Below, one piece after another: positions 49,553-62,600 of a stretch of 64,000 nucleotides of DNA. This DNA comes from Lingula anatina (taxonomy: Eukaryota > Animalia > Brachiopoda): assembly GCA_051362555.1 (NCBI GenBank), contig CM120645.1, positions 18,538,001-18,602,000 of the forward strand. Direction: 5' to 3'. Both the position numbers and the translations under genes were made by a program. The notes below the pieces were generated by a model. The model saw nothing but the letters and a program-made list of their open reading frames with translations. It ran no database searches and was not told the DNA's origin. Within the stretch, counting starts at the first letter, position 1, and every line of letters starts with the position of its first letter.

Positions 49553-50974
49553 CCTTCTAAATTAATGTCACATTGTAATCTTACATTTCAGATCTGGAAC
49601 AGTGTGTTTAGATGTCATCAATCAGGCCTGGACTGCTTTATATGGTAAGACCACAGCACTGCCACGAGAGTTGTTGGTTTTGGGCAGACAAAGATGATGG
49701 CTGGATATTCAGTTACATAGTTCAAGTCCATAAAAATTATTGTATCTGAATGTGATTCCACAAGAATGGAAAACTTTATGTACTTTATGTATCAGTTATA
49801 AAAATTCTATATAAATGATGTGGCATCAGTAAAGTGTGTTGTGCATGCAGAAGTCAGTATTGATTGACTGCCTAAATTCACATGAATAAAGGCTTAAATT
49901 TAGTAATGATAAAAATAATGATAATCATTAAATTATGTATTATTTACTTTTCAGATCTGAGCAATATATTTGATTCGTTTTTGCCTCAATTGCTGTCCTA
50001 CCCAAACCCAATAGACCCACTGAATGGTGACGCTGCCGCCATGTATCTTCACAAACCAGAAGAATATAAGAAAAAAGTTCAAGGTAATAGGATTAAAATG
50101 AACCTCAAGTCAGAGCAGAATATAATATTATGCAAGATATTGACTGACAGTGCATCTGTTAAAGATTTGTTTATCAAATTGAATATTGAAAAAAAAATCT
50201 TGTACTTTGTATAGATCTACAAAATCAAATCCATATAAAAAAGAACCAACACTGGGATATTGTGTACAGTAATAAGATTGGACTTCTGTCTTGGGTGTTT
50301 TTCTCAGTTTTTCAATTTAACTTTAAGCGTGTTCTTTAAAATGTGAAACATTATTTGTAGCTAAGCTTGTTCCTGGTTTCAGTTTCTTAATATGACTATA
50401 ATTCCTTATTCCTTTTTTATGAGAAAAATTATTGACATAAAAATGTCTTGTCAAGAATTTCTGAAATGTACATAAAGTCAGATTTCTTTTCTTGAAACTC
50501 GTGAAATTCAATTATTTTCACTTAAGATCTGTCAGTAGGAAAAAAAGTTATGCAAGATTCATTTCTGGTCAGTGCTTGAAGAAAATAAACAGCAGCAGCA
50601 GCAGAAGAGAAATTCTATTACTTCAGAAAGTGTATGATGGAGGGGATGATTATGCACAGCGCATTCACAGCTACGCTTCATGCTGTCAAAACACTTGTAT
50701 TGCAGCCAGGGGCTTGGTTTCACATTTAATATTATATATATTTTACTTACCTGACCAATATGGTAAAAAAAAGGAAGTTGGAAATCTTTTCTAGTCTGTT
50801 TGAATTCATATTAAAAATTAAAATAACATACATTTTCTTTATACGTATTCAGAATATGTGAAGAAATATGCTACAGAAGAAGCTCTGAGGGAGTTACAGG
50901 AGGACAACTCCTCGTCTAGTGAGAGTTCAATGAGTGACTTCTCTGAGGATGAAGCACAGGACATGGAACTATGA
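41065..50974 (+). CDS. UBE2H: Ubiquitin-conjugating enzyme E2 H (182 aa)
   Basis: Exons 41065-41117, 46128-46204, 48573-48647, 49028-49067, 49592-49644, 49955-50083, 50853-50974 total 549 nt. Translation: [25 protein letters not shown]...[10 protein letters not shown]...[26 protein letters not shown]...[13 protein letters not shown]...[18 protein letters not shown]. Confidence 0.97.
43482..43656. mobile_element. Harbinger-type MITE, TAT TSD
   Basis: TAT|GGCCACATTCAGAA ... TTCTGAATGCGGCC|TAT. Core AAGTGGGTTGGCCATATTTGA also at ~9200, ~9410 and ~16920. Confidence 0.8.
43818..44119. mobile_element. Harbinger-type hairpin MITE, TAT TSD
   Basis: TAT|GGCCACATTCACATCGAGTTGAGCCATGGC ... GCCATGGCTCAACTCGATGTGAATGCGGCC|TAT, with ~130-bp arms and a ~35-nt loop. 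A diverged half-copy lies at ~47950-48120. Confidence 0.85.
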
Positions 50975-52367
50975 CACCAGGATGTATAGACTCAAAACAG
51001 ACTTTTTTTAAAATTAAAGCTATATATATATATATATAAATACAGATATGTATACATAGTTCATATGTATAAGCATAATGTAAATAGTCCATATATAACA
51101 TAATTATATTTAAGTAGTCAAAAAGATGTCTGAAGAAGTCTCTATTACACTTATGGTCATGTTTGAAATGCTGCTTTTCTTCTCCAACTAGACAAATGGT
51201 GTACAGGATTAGATGCTCTGTTTTTAAGTTAAGGAAGAATTATTTTAAGCCAGGTGAAAGTGTTTTATTTAGCGTCACCCTAGAAAGGTGGTACAGTGGC
51301 ATTTTCTAAGTTTTATGAAAATGTTAATTGGTAATAATACTGTGGTGTTACATTTTATTTTAGAATAACCAAGGCATCATCTGTTTTGGAGAATGATTTT
51401 AATTGTCATTGAGTCCTTTAACCCTCATAGTAGTGTTAGGCTGTGTATTGGTAGTTTTGAGGAAAAGTGTTTGGAAAGTTGGTCAACTTCCTCTTTCACT
51501 TGTGCCCATTACCACCCTTTATTGTTCAGTAGGAAACTATCATATCTGCACATTAACTTGATATCTTTTCAAGGTTTTGCATCAATGTTTGAGTCACTCA
51601 TGGTTTAAATCACAGTCCCATTGATGGTGTTAACATTTTGTGAAGTTTCCATAATTTTGCAGAATTTCACCAAGTAAGCATTGCAATGTTTGTGCAATTT
51701 GTGGAAGTGTACTGATCAGTGAAAGATATAAGGTACGGATCAAGACAAGCATCCAGTTTTCCATTCTTCCTTTAGAGAATGGTGTCTCAGTATTACAAAA
51801 AAAGAAAATTATTACTAAATCCATTATTTTAATAGTTTATCGTTGTTTGTGAAAGATACATCATTTCCAATTCTCTCAAAAACACTTCCATGAATCAAAG
51901 TTGCTTCTCGGAGCTTATGTCCTCTTTTTTTTTTCCTTCAAGCATAATCATCAAAATAATGTTTTGGAAAGGCAATAAATAAAGCTTGTCTGAATTAAGT
52001 ACAATGAACAACTTTTCTACATAGTACTGAAGGTGCCCAAGATAATTGTATTTTACATACTGGCCTTAGTGTCAAGAATGAGTAGATTTGAACACAAGTG
52101 TTGTGTTTAAGTGTTTTTCACTTGAAAAGGTGGTTTTGGTTGGTGTGTTGTATATAACTCAGCTGTGTTGATTTTTAGTGTATTCTATTTATCACTTGCC
52201 CTTCAGTAGTGGAGCACTATCATGAGCCTAGTGCATTGCTGTATTTGGTTAAATTGACATGCTTGATGCTTTTGTACATTGTAATATATTTTTAATTTAT
52301 ATTAATATACATAATATAAAATATCAGTGTAAGCAAATTTTGTATAATGTATAATCTAAAAGTTGCC

Positions 52368-52521
52368 AATAAAAAAGTAAAACTGGTTTAATCGTATTAC
52401 CGACTTGGCCTAAACTACCATATTTGGAACCCCCCCCCCCCCCCCCCCCCGAGTCTTCTTGATATGGGAAGTGACAAGTCCACATAAATTGTGCCTTTCT
52501 GTCATAATTAAAAATTTTATT
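52368..52521. terminator. Candidate opposing polyadenylation signals for UBE2H (+, AATAAA 52368-73) and ZC3HC1 (-, 52516-21)
   Basis: Hexamers on opposite strands ~145 nt apart, separated by a C21 tract (52430-52450). An alternative UBE2H signal lies near 51974. Confidence 0.4.
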
Positions 52522-53096
52522 CTTACCAGAAAGCTTTTAATATATTTCACAGCACTTAAATGCAATTACTTTGCCCCACTTACTTTGACTTTGACCGCAG
52601 TCTTTAAATGAGACTAAAATAAAAATAAAGAATCTTAATGAAATGAAGATAAGAAAATGGGGGCAAAATCTTGTTAAAATTTTTTGTAACAGTAATGAGG
52701 TTACTTCAAGACTGGAAAAGTCTGCCACAAAAAACTGAGCAAAACTGAATGTCAACACTCGAATTCATGACAAATCCAAAGTACTGTGTTGCAAGAAAAT
52801 CCATATGAAGCTTGACGCATGTAAGCACAAACCTTCAATACACTCGGGTACTTTCTAGAAATTCCAGGGATAACTGGATCAGTTGAGCTTCTTCAATAAC
52901 ACTACTTCCTCATATTTTAACTGGAATGAGTTAAACAGAAGGCTGAGTGTCACATGCTTCATCAATATCCCTGCTTGAAGGTAATACTGGCTGACACATC
53001 CATGTGTTGAAGACAACCAACTACAGTGAAACTACACACTTCATTTCTGTTGATCAAATGGTTCTGAGGCCTAATTAAACAGCTTACAAATCTTCA

Positions 53097-56000
53097 TCAC
53101 AGTTTTCCTAGCGTTGGAGAAGACCAGTCATGTAGAACCTTTCGGATATTTTTAAGGCCTTCACTGGGAGGTGTCTGCAAAAATAGTAATAATTCTTCAA
53201 TCCCTGCCAAGTAAAGTAGGTGAAAAAATATATATGTGTAAGAAGGTTTTCATTTTAAGGGAATTTGAGTTGTAAATAGTGCCATGCAAGTTAACAATCA
53301 GATAAACTATATAAGTAGCATTTACAATTTCAAGGATGACCAAAACAGACACTTGTCATCACAGTTTATATTTTGGCTGTCCCAGCATCAACCCTGAATT
53401 AGCTCTTACAATAGGACAATCTCAGCTGATACAGATAACTTACAAACAACAAGGCAGCAAAGCTGTCAAATGTACAGACATAAAAGCAGAAAATGATGCA
53501 CATAATATGTTATCTGTCAATTTGATGCAATATTACATAATGCTTAACAGCAAAATCCAAACCAAAATTTAAACATGCACAACAGGGATGTTAATAATAT
53601 GGAGCTAGCATAAGGCTTCAGGCTCATGAGTGCCATTTCTCTTAAGAGCCATTTCTCAAAAATTTCACAAATTTAAGAAAATAATCTTATCAAGCTGGTT
53701 TGCCAATTTGAGGTACATGTCAATCCTAAGATCATTCTTGTTAGTTAGAAAATAATAAGTAAAACAGTTTCCCTTTCAGACCATCCACCAAATGGGGATT
53801 TTTGTCAGTTATGATGCAATTTTACATAATGATGAACTGCATAATCACCACCAATGTTTATTTACCCACTATGTATATCATGGGCATTCAGTAAATGTAA
53901 CTACCATACAACTTTATGCCCATGGGAGTACTAAGTCCCACACTGAAAATGCCAAGATGTGCAAAAAATGTGCATTTCACAATAACTGCATTACTTCCAG
54001 CAAAAGAATCCAATCAGGTTTTCCATCTCAAGCTGTCCTTAGTCCTAGGTTTCTTTTCTGTTAGTTTGAGAACTGACATGGTTTTCCATAAATGGTCACT
54101 ACAGCAGAAGAGAGTGCAGCATTTTGGAGAAATTCATAGAAAAAAAAAACACTTATTTACAAAAAAGTAATAAATAAATTTAATAAACATAATGTCTACA
54201 AAAATAATCCAATCATGATGATTTCACTTGATCTGTAGTTTAGTCCTATAAATCATTCCTGTTAGTTCTCAAACATTATGTGATACAGTTTCTGTTTAAT
54301 TTTGTCTGCATTGAAACATTTTTGAAAAGTGGATAGAAAAAATGAAAACTTGGGAAATTATTTTATGTAAAAATGGTCCAATAAGGCTAACATTCAAATT
54401 TGATCCATATTTTAATATTATAAGTCACTCTAATAAGTTTAAGAATAATAAGTCAATTAATTTTCCATTAACTGCTGTTACAGTGACAAGTGCATGGTGA
54501 CGACAATGTGTACAGTGACGATAATATGTATAGATACACCGTGTAATTTATCCTTTCTGTGACCCATATCTCTGTTAATCAAAGACTCGTGACAGTGATT
54601 TTTAATTTTATAGGTTGGTCATGGCACATCAGTTGATGATATTTGTTATAATAATAATAATAATAATAATAATAATTCATGCCTCAAAACTATGCTACAC
54701 ATGCTTCTCAGTTTACATATGCCTATAAAAGCTTAAACTGCAAAGATAAATAAAAAAAACTACTATAAAAACTATATATCATTAAACCATTGTTCTTGAC
54801 CCTACCGTTTTCACATTTCTCACAAATTTAGGAGTCAGTTTATCTGTGCTTGCAGAATTAGGAACAAGCCAATCTAGAAGTCTCTTCCAGCCCGGCCTAC
54901 TATCTTCATCACCTACATAGCTAGACACCACCTCTCTTTGGTCAGATTTCTGTGAATTGCTCTTGTCTTGCTGAGTGCTCGTTATCCACGGACACCAAGA
55001 TCTGTGTTCACCAATGGGGTTGAAGGAAGTCTTTGCTATGGAGTCATTCTGGATAATAAAGAATGGCATCACAATGTGTTCTTTAACTGTGAAATCATCA
55101 TAAAGCCAAAATTAAATTAACTGTAACTAAATTAAATTGAGTGGCGTATATTTCCCATTGAAGTTCAGCACAAACCGCATTCTTTACAATCAGGCTTCAA
55201 TATTTTGATGCTTAAGTATTTTTTGTTAACATATTTACTCAATACTGAATTTAAAAAAATAATACACTTCAAATGCATCATTCAAATTTTAAAGGGATAC
55301 ATTTACTTAATCTTCAGTACCCATTCAATAAATCATCACAACATTTCTCTGTAGATGACAAAGGAGAGTATTATATTACAATAAAATTTAAAGTTTCACA
55401 TATATTTCTTATACTTGCCAAAAACTTCCTTTTCTTTGGACTTGGACTAGCGCTACCTTCTTTCTTGGAATGGCTGCCATTTTCTATCACAGACTGAGAG
55501 CTTTGATCTGTTTCCTGTTCTAAAGAATTATGGGACAAAAAATTCCATAGACCTATCTGCCTTCTGCAAAAATGACAAATAAGGATATCCGTCTTCTTCA
55601 AAGAACTGAAAGTTAAGAGAAAACCATAAAGTGAAATATAAAATGTTTGTAGATTATTCATCTTGCCAAATACTAACATATTTGATAAAAGGGGCTGGCA
55701 TTCTACAGTAAAGACAAAAGTAAACTATCTTTACATTAAGGAATTTCTATGCAATTGAGGATCTATAAAGCTGTGAAATGACTAAAACAGCTCATAATTT
55801 GAAGTTTATCACTTACAATATACCTTAGTTATCAAAAATAGAAATTGAGAAAATTTACACCTAATTAATTAAACTGATAAATTGGTTAAGAAATAACAAA
55901 AATCTATCTGCTCTACACTGACTGTAAAAAAAAATTATACTTATTAAAATACTAGGAATGACAATCTGTTAAGCATGGCTACATATTTTAGACAGTCTAT

Positions 56001-56235
56001 TTGGTATACCTTATGTCCCAGCCACAGAGTGCCAGCACACAGCTTACTTGATCTGTGAGAGCTGAGTCTAGATTAAAACCTCCACTGCTGCCTTGCTGCT
56101 TCACAATCTTAAAAAGATTTTGTACACTGGGACCGCTTAGCTCCTGCAACAATGATGAATGAATTATAATACAACATGATACATTCTCTCTCTCTTCCCC
56201 CACTTGTTAACTCTCTCTCTATTACCCCACTTGTT

Positions 56236-56274
<39 letters not shown>

Positions 56275-57154
56275 ATATACCCTTACATGGTCTGCCTGTA
56301 TATCAAGTTTGGGAAGCTGTGATCCCAGCTGCTTCAGGTTTTGATGTCGTGACAAAAGGTCATCAAGTGCTTCATCTCGCCCAGAATATAAAATGGACAT
56401 AAAGTGGACTAAAAGTAGAAATAAAATATCATCAATTTATACTAAGGACAGCAAGTTTCTTTCACTTTTTTATACTTAACCTTTATTGTATTCTATTATT
56501 GATATGATTGTCTTATTAATAAGGTTTTCTCCACTCAATCAATTTCCAGAAGAATAAGTTTGATATGTACATTTCTTGAAAATAATAGGTAAAAACATAA
56601 TGTCATTCTTATTCATTCCAAAGAGTTGAAAAAATGCACTCAGAAAAAAGAATCTGTGAGCTATAAAGTGCCATACCTGGGCTTGGGTTAGAAGGCCAGG
56701 GGCATATCTTTCTGTGGGAAGACACCAGGGATTCTGCTATCTTTTTACAACTCTCATCATCTGAATGTTAAATGTACTATTCTGTAGTTATGACATATAC
56801 CTGCAAACAACTTTCAATGCAAAACAGAACCTCTGTCATGAAATAAAGTAAGTTAATCTTCACATACTTACTGGGCACTTCTGGTGAAATGATATATCTC
56901 TGCCAGTATTTAATTTCTGTATTATAACACTCAGAACTGCTACACCAAATCTGTTTGCTTACAAAAAATCAAGTATACTCACAAACATCATGATCATAAG
57001 TCTTGGGTAGAGAGGCACAGAGCACTGCCTTACAACTGACACATCGTAACATATCTGTGTCCACGTTCTGCCAGCCATACCTGGCACACTGCAGAGGGCA
57101 GAGAGATGGAGGTTTAGCAAACCAGCTCACAGCTTACAATGTGATAAGGAAACA

Positions 57155-57219
<65 letters not shown>

Positions 57220-58733
57220 GGTTTCACTAATTTTAAGAAAAACTTAGCAAGCCCAGTTCCTTTTTTCTTTTCCCCACTCACACTAGACAATATTATAAAA
57301 CAAAAATGATTAAAGTAATATTCATATGCATATCAAACAAATAATATACATGTATAATATTTAATATCAATTGATTTTAACATATTCTTAATTACTTTGT
57401 ATAAACAATTATTATTTTTAAATTACTCAATCAGATATATTTTTGTAGAGAGACAAAACAACAACAATAACAGCAAAAAACATTTCTTGCTAAATGAACA
57501 ATACTGTCCTTATCATTATTATAACAACTACATGTCCCTGTCTCCACAGTGTGTTTACAAGGATATTGAGTATGTTTCCACTCTGTGGAAGTAAGCAGTC
57601 CTGTCCCTGGCATGTGTGGGCAGCTGGACCTCAGCAGATCTGGCTGTGACACCCTCCTCACAGGGTGAGCTGCTTGGAGCAGGAGACTCTCCTTCTTCTC
57701 TAGTTAAATTATAGAAAATGGGGGTGTGACTGAAATGCGCAATACACTGCAATACAGCGCAACACAGCGCAATACACTTGATAACACAAGCCCAGTTGCA
57801 AGTGCACACAGGAAAGTGTAATTTCAAATAAAATAGGGTGATTTAAAAGCAAAATAAAGTACATAGTAATTAATATTGCTGATAAAACTTGACAATTTTT
57901 TCAATGTTTGTCAGCCGCCATGTTGGAGAGTAGCTCTTCTTGGCCAGTAATATATCCAAGAAAAGCCACTCGCCAACATGGCTGCCAACTGGACAATATT
58001 AAAGTCTTGCTGATTAGTTAAGTTATATCAACGATATTGCTTACCTAGTAATATAGGTTGTTTTTATATCACCCTACTTTGCTGGGAATGGTCATTTCTT
58101 TTTGTGTAATTGCAACTGGATTTGATTTTTGAAGTGTATTGCACTGTGTTGCGCTGTATTGCGGTGTATTGCGCATTTCAGTCACACCGAGAAAATGGCG
58201 TTATATTCAGCAGAGGATAGCTTCAAAGCTGAGTGATCGCAGTAATTTTATATCATATACCACGAAGTTCTAGTATAACGACACTAAGAGTAAGAGCTAG
58301 AGACGCAGATTATGATTACTCCATAAAGATTAAAAATTACGACTTACCAACACAGTGCACGCTACGGCATTAATAACGTACAACAGTCTTATCCTTGATA
58401 CTAGTATGTATTCCAAGGTTTATTACAATTTAAAAATCATATCGATAAAAATAATGGGACAAACAAGAAACACTCAAATACTACTTACACTAAACTTACT
58501 GTTTCAATTCAATTTTAAGTTAGTTACTAACAACAGGAAGTTCGCAGTGAAAAGAGAACCATCAATAATCATTATATCGATGTTTCTATGCGATCACAAC
58601 ACAATCAATTCTTTGCTTATTTTTATACTTACACGGCATGTCCATTTTTCAGTTCCTTTTTCTTGTCATCTGTTTCATTGTGTAAAAACGAAGACAAAAT
58701 TGTCCTCACTCGCTGTGCAAAGCCCGCCTGCAT
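53097..58733 (-). CDS. ZC3HC1: Zinc finger C3HC-type protein 1 / NIPA (410 aa)
   Basis: Exons 58633-58733, 57567-57699, 56983-57133, 56677-56760, 56287-56408, 56010-56143, 55419-55605, 54806-55048, 53097-53174 total 1233 nt. zf-C3HC: YFHRVETYS-AVSWFAKP..LCPLQCARYGW...C..C...H...CPW. Rsm1-like: LALCGW...C..C.RQIGLW...FNPIGEHRSWCPW. NLS PKKRK. Confidence 0.93.
57134..57566 (-). other. U12-type intron 2 of ZC3HC1 with AT-AA termini
   Basis: 5' site ATATCCTTG. Branch-like TTTCCTTATC at 57143-57152. Among nearby 3' ends, the one restoring the conserved frame and spacing is ...ATTGTAA|GCT. Confidence 0.8.
57160..57216. repeat. (TA)n microsatellite inside the U12 intron
   Basis: About 28 TA units ending just upstream (minus strand) of the branch sequence. 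Confidence 0.9.
57722..58189. mobile_element. Mutator-like MITE with 9-bp TSD in ZC3HC1 intron 1
   Basis: AGAAAATGG is duplicated at 57713-21 and 58190-98. TIR GGTGTGACTGAAATGCGCAATACAC... with 10-bp GCAATACAC/GCAACACAG subrepeats. Confidence 0.88.
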
Positions 58734-59000
58734 CTTACTCACCTAAAAGTATATGAGGTTGGTTGGAACTAAGAGGCAGGTCATGGCAGTTCCAAAGATG
58801 GCGGCCACATGTCACTTCAGGCCAGAGAGCACTTGTCAGAGGTTTTGAATGATCTAAAACACGTTGTGTGCACTTAATCTTCATTCATATTTGCTGGGCC
58901 TCTAGAAACTCTACGACTAATATCGTAGATCGTTAATGGCGGAAGTTATTACTCTTTTATGAGCGAATCGAAGTCTTCTTTCTCACTGTCTTCATTATAA
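58734..59000. promoter_or_regulatory. Putative bidirectional promoter between ZC3HC1 and the PEAMT gene
   Basis: Divergent start codons are ~880 nt apart. YY1-type AAGATGGCGGC at ~58795-58805 and AATGGCGGAAG (YY1/ETS) at ~58935-58945. Confidence 0.5.
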
Positions 59001-59613
59001 CCTCAATGTTAAGGATGTTATAACCCTTCATTATCATCCAGATACCGAAAATGAGGTTTTTCCTGCATCTAATTATTCAATAATGTATCTATCTTTGTGT
59101 TGGATTAAAACAATAAAAAACATCGAAAATATAAAACATCGGCTTTTATAATTCTCGTTGCAATGTTACCAGTAGCATAGGGAACTCATTTTAGCTTTAA
59201 TCGTCAATTTAACACCTATCTATTTTGAGGTGAGATTGCAGTCGGAAGGCGTAACTCCATCCCTGAACAAGATTTTATCGCGAAAATTTGGCAAAGTTGA
59301 CCACGAGTGTATAGGCTACGATCACGTGCCGTCATTTCGGTTAAAATGTTTTTGTTATGGAGGTACATGAGCCCCCAATTGCAGATTTTCATTAAACAAA
59401 TGCATTATTTTGTTTTATCAACAATAAAATCTGTTTCTTATTCTGTATAACGAATAAGGCCAGGTGTTTTTGTAAGCTGGTTTAGGCCTACTAGTACGTA
59501 TACTTTAGGAAGCAATTATAAATAATTACTTTCTACAGGTGACCCATATTCACGACACAGGTACCAAACTAACTACACGTCGTCCTCTCTTTACTATTAC
59601 ACACAATAACAAT

Positions 59614-62600
59614 ATGTCTAGTGAGGAAGAGGCTTCTGCAACAGGTAAGTGGCCGATTTTTCAGGTTTTTGGGCCAGTTTCACAATAGGACTTTAGTAAA
59701 AAAAAAATCAGTCTGACTTTTAGACGAAAACTTACACATATTTGACCTGCAAAGATATATCAGCAATAGCCCCATAGATGAATTCGAAGTTAGCCGTTTT
59801 GGATCGGTGCCTACATGTATATTCATCTATCGGCACATTGTATGTCATTGGTGTAAGAAGGGCTTTAACCATCTTTTGCCATTTCAGTAAAAGACGATTG
59901 TGTTTTGATACTAAACAGGATACATTGTACACGTATTTGTCTACGTAACAAAATGGGGAGGTAAAGTTTAGTGCAAATGCAGAGGGTAGTCCTATATGTG
60001 CACTAACTTTATCAGACTGATAAGACTCGAGTTCATCGACTGAGAAAAATTCGCCCAAATCAAAGATCTCTATTTTGATATTCCACGGATTTCATTTTAT
60101 ATTAATATCTACTCCCGCTCCGAAGATAACGAGGCGTCTGCTTCAGAGATTTCTGGACAGGATTTGCTCTGCCCTTCACCAGATCCACAGATTGATATAA
60201 TGCTAGATATTCACAAGTATGTATCTAGATATTCACAGATATGTCATGACACAATTCTCTGCTGTACGGAAAAGTGCGCATAAATTGTAATTAGCTAATA
60301 CTGTATATCCAGTGAAAAATCACTCTGTGGCCCTTGTACCTGTTGCGTACCGGTAGAGGGTAGAATGGCTCTGCATAATTCTATTGATTACGCCATGAGA
60401 CTTCCTCCGGTGCCCTCATAATATTTCACACACAAAATCCATGATCCATATTAACATATTCGACTCATGTCGGGGATTTACCTTTAGTAACTTATGGTGC
60501 ATCTAATATGTGAAAAGTAAATATCGATAACAAGGCACCCGTAGATTGTTGACAATTGTAACCCTGGTGACGCAGAGATAGCTTTCACAACCAATTGTTA
60601 CAGATGACCTCCTCGCTCACAAGGTTTATCTTCCACTAAAGAATATCTTTTTATTCTACAAATCAACTCCCTTTAGTGAAAAACGACTTTCCTAAATACC
60701 CAGACCTAATTCAACCCAGAGCAATAAATTCAAGCTCATGACTACAATTCTGATATACTGGGGTATAGCGTAAACATACTACCGGTACATGCGAGGCTAT
60801 TAAAGGGATAATAACTCATCGTATGAGATCTATATTTCACAATAAAAACATTGTGAATAATTCATAGAAATATAATATATTCTGTTTTACCACAAAAATG
60901 GCAATTATAGCTTTTTTTTCTGATATCTGAGCTTGTCTTTAGACCACATGACCTCCATTGATGGCTATACTCTGTTTTTTTTAGAAAAAAAACAGGGACT
61001 AACTTTGAATGTAAAAATGGATTCATTAACCATTGGTAAGTATGGGAAAATTGTTGTTTACCCCAGGAAAATTCATTTTTTGGCCGAAACGAAGAGTTAT
61101 TATCCCTTTAATTAACAATTCTGACATGCAATGTAAGGAGACAGATATCCATTATATTTACTCAGTGGTAATGTAATGAATATCAATGTTTGTTAATATG
61201 CATCTATTAATATTCATTTATGTGGATAGTTTTGGATAATGATACTGGTCATGCAAAAATTATTAGCATTCCTCTACGTCTTGATATTACCGACAATAGG
61301 CAGGTTGTGCTAATTATTGCATTAGAATGTGCCTTTTGTCGTCCATTAGCGTCCTGATGCAGACCCAGTTAAAGAAGGTTCACATTTGCTAGAAATCTTG
61401 AGAAAGACTGACATAGAAATTAACTCTTTTAAAAAAATGTTGTATACACATGACGTTTATGTGTAGGCCTGCGAGCATTCTTGATACCGGATCCAAATTT
61501 GATCAAGGTATTCAAGACATTAAATCATGTATCTCCTTTATGTTGAGTATATTTACTTCTGCCAAGTTTGTATATTTGTTCTTGTCGGAATGTTGGTTTT
61601 GTTAGTTTACAGCCTAACATGAAAAGTTTGGGACAAATTTTCATAATCGAGTTGTAGTTCATTTAGAAATCACTAGTAGGCCTACTTTCCTTGCCTTCCC
61701 TGTAAGTGGTGCGCAGGCTAAGTGTATATATGATATGCATGTAAGCGCAAGGCTGCGAGTGCCATATGTAAATGTAGAGAGAAATACATCAATAAAGTAA
61801 CAGAAAAAGAACTGCTAATGATTAATTATAAGATGTTAAATCACAAAACTGCGGCATGTTCAGGATTTCGGTCGAAAATTGTTTATCGCCAATGAAATAC
61901 CGTTCTAAGAAAATAAACGTACGTATGTGTTGTTGTAACTTTTCTTTTTCAAATGATTACGTTTTACGAACTGTCAATGAGATTACAGAGGATAATATAT
62001 TTTGACCAAATAAACATGTCGAAATTTTGTAAAATTTACTCTAAATAATGGCGGTCCAGTAGTTTAGAAAATAAACACTTTCGACCACCGACTGAATTTT
62101 CAAGTTTTAAGTGGTTGCTTAATGCTTGCTAGCCAAGATTTAGCTTATTTCAAAAATTGCTTTCAGTTTAATTTTTTTATTGCTAAACGGTGACCCCTTG
62201 CCTTAATCATTTTCGCCTAATCTTAGACCCAAGCAGTAATCAATCAGGTAATATATAAGTCAATAAAACAGAGATGTAAGCATCTTCACCTCAGAGCTCA
62301 GCGTAGCCTCTTCCCAACCAGTGCGATCCATTTACCGAGAGTGAAATAGCAGTTAACTAACAAGGCTGTATGGAAATTTACCGATAAAATTCCTTTACCT
62401 TAATTCACCCGCACGAAAACGAAGTAGATGCTCCAGCGCAGTAGACTACTGCAATCATACTGCAAACATGCTTCAAATCTGCTTCGATGTGGGAGCTAAT
62501 TAGCATATTTGAAACATGCTTCTATCATGCTGCTAATCTACTGCATTAATGCTCCTCCTCTGTACAACCCTATGTAATTTTTGAAGTAGAATTGCAGTAG

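Noticed and set aside
58633-58645. ATGGACATGCCGT as the ZC3HC1 start
   Set aside because: It gives phase 1, but exon 2 needs phase 2. The ATG at 58733 fits.
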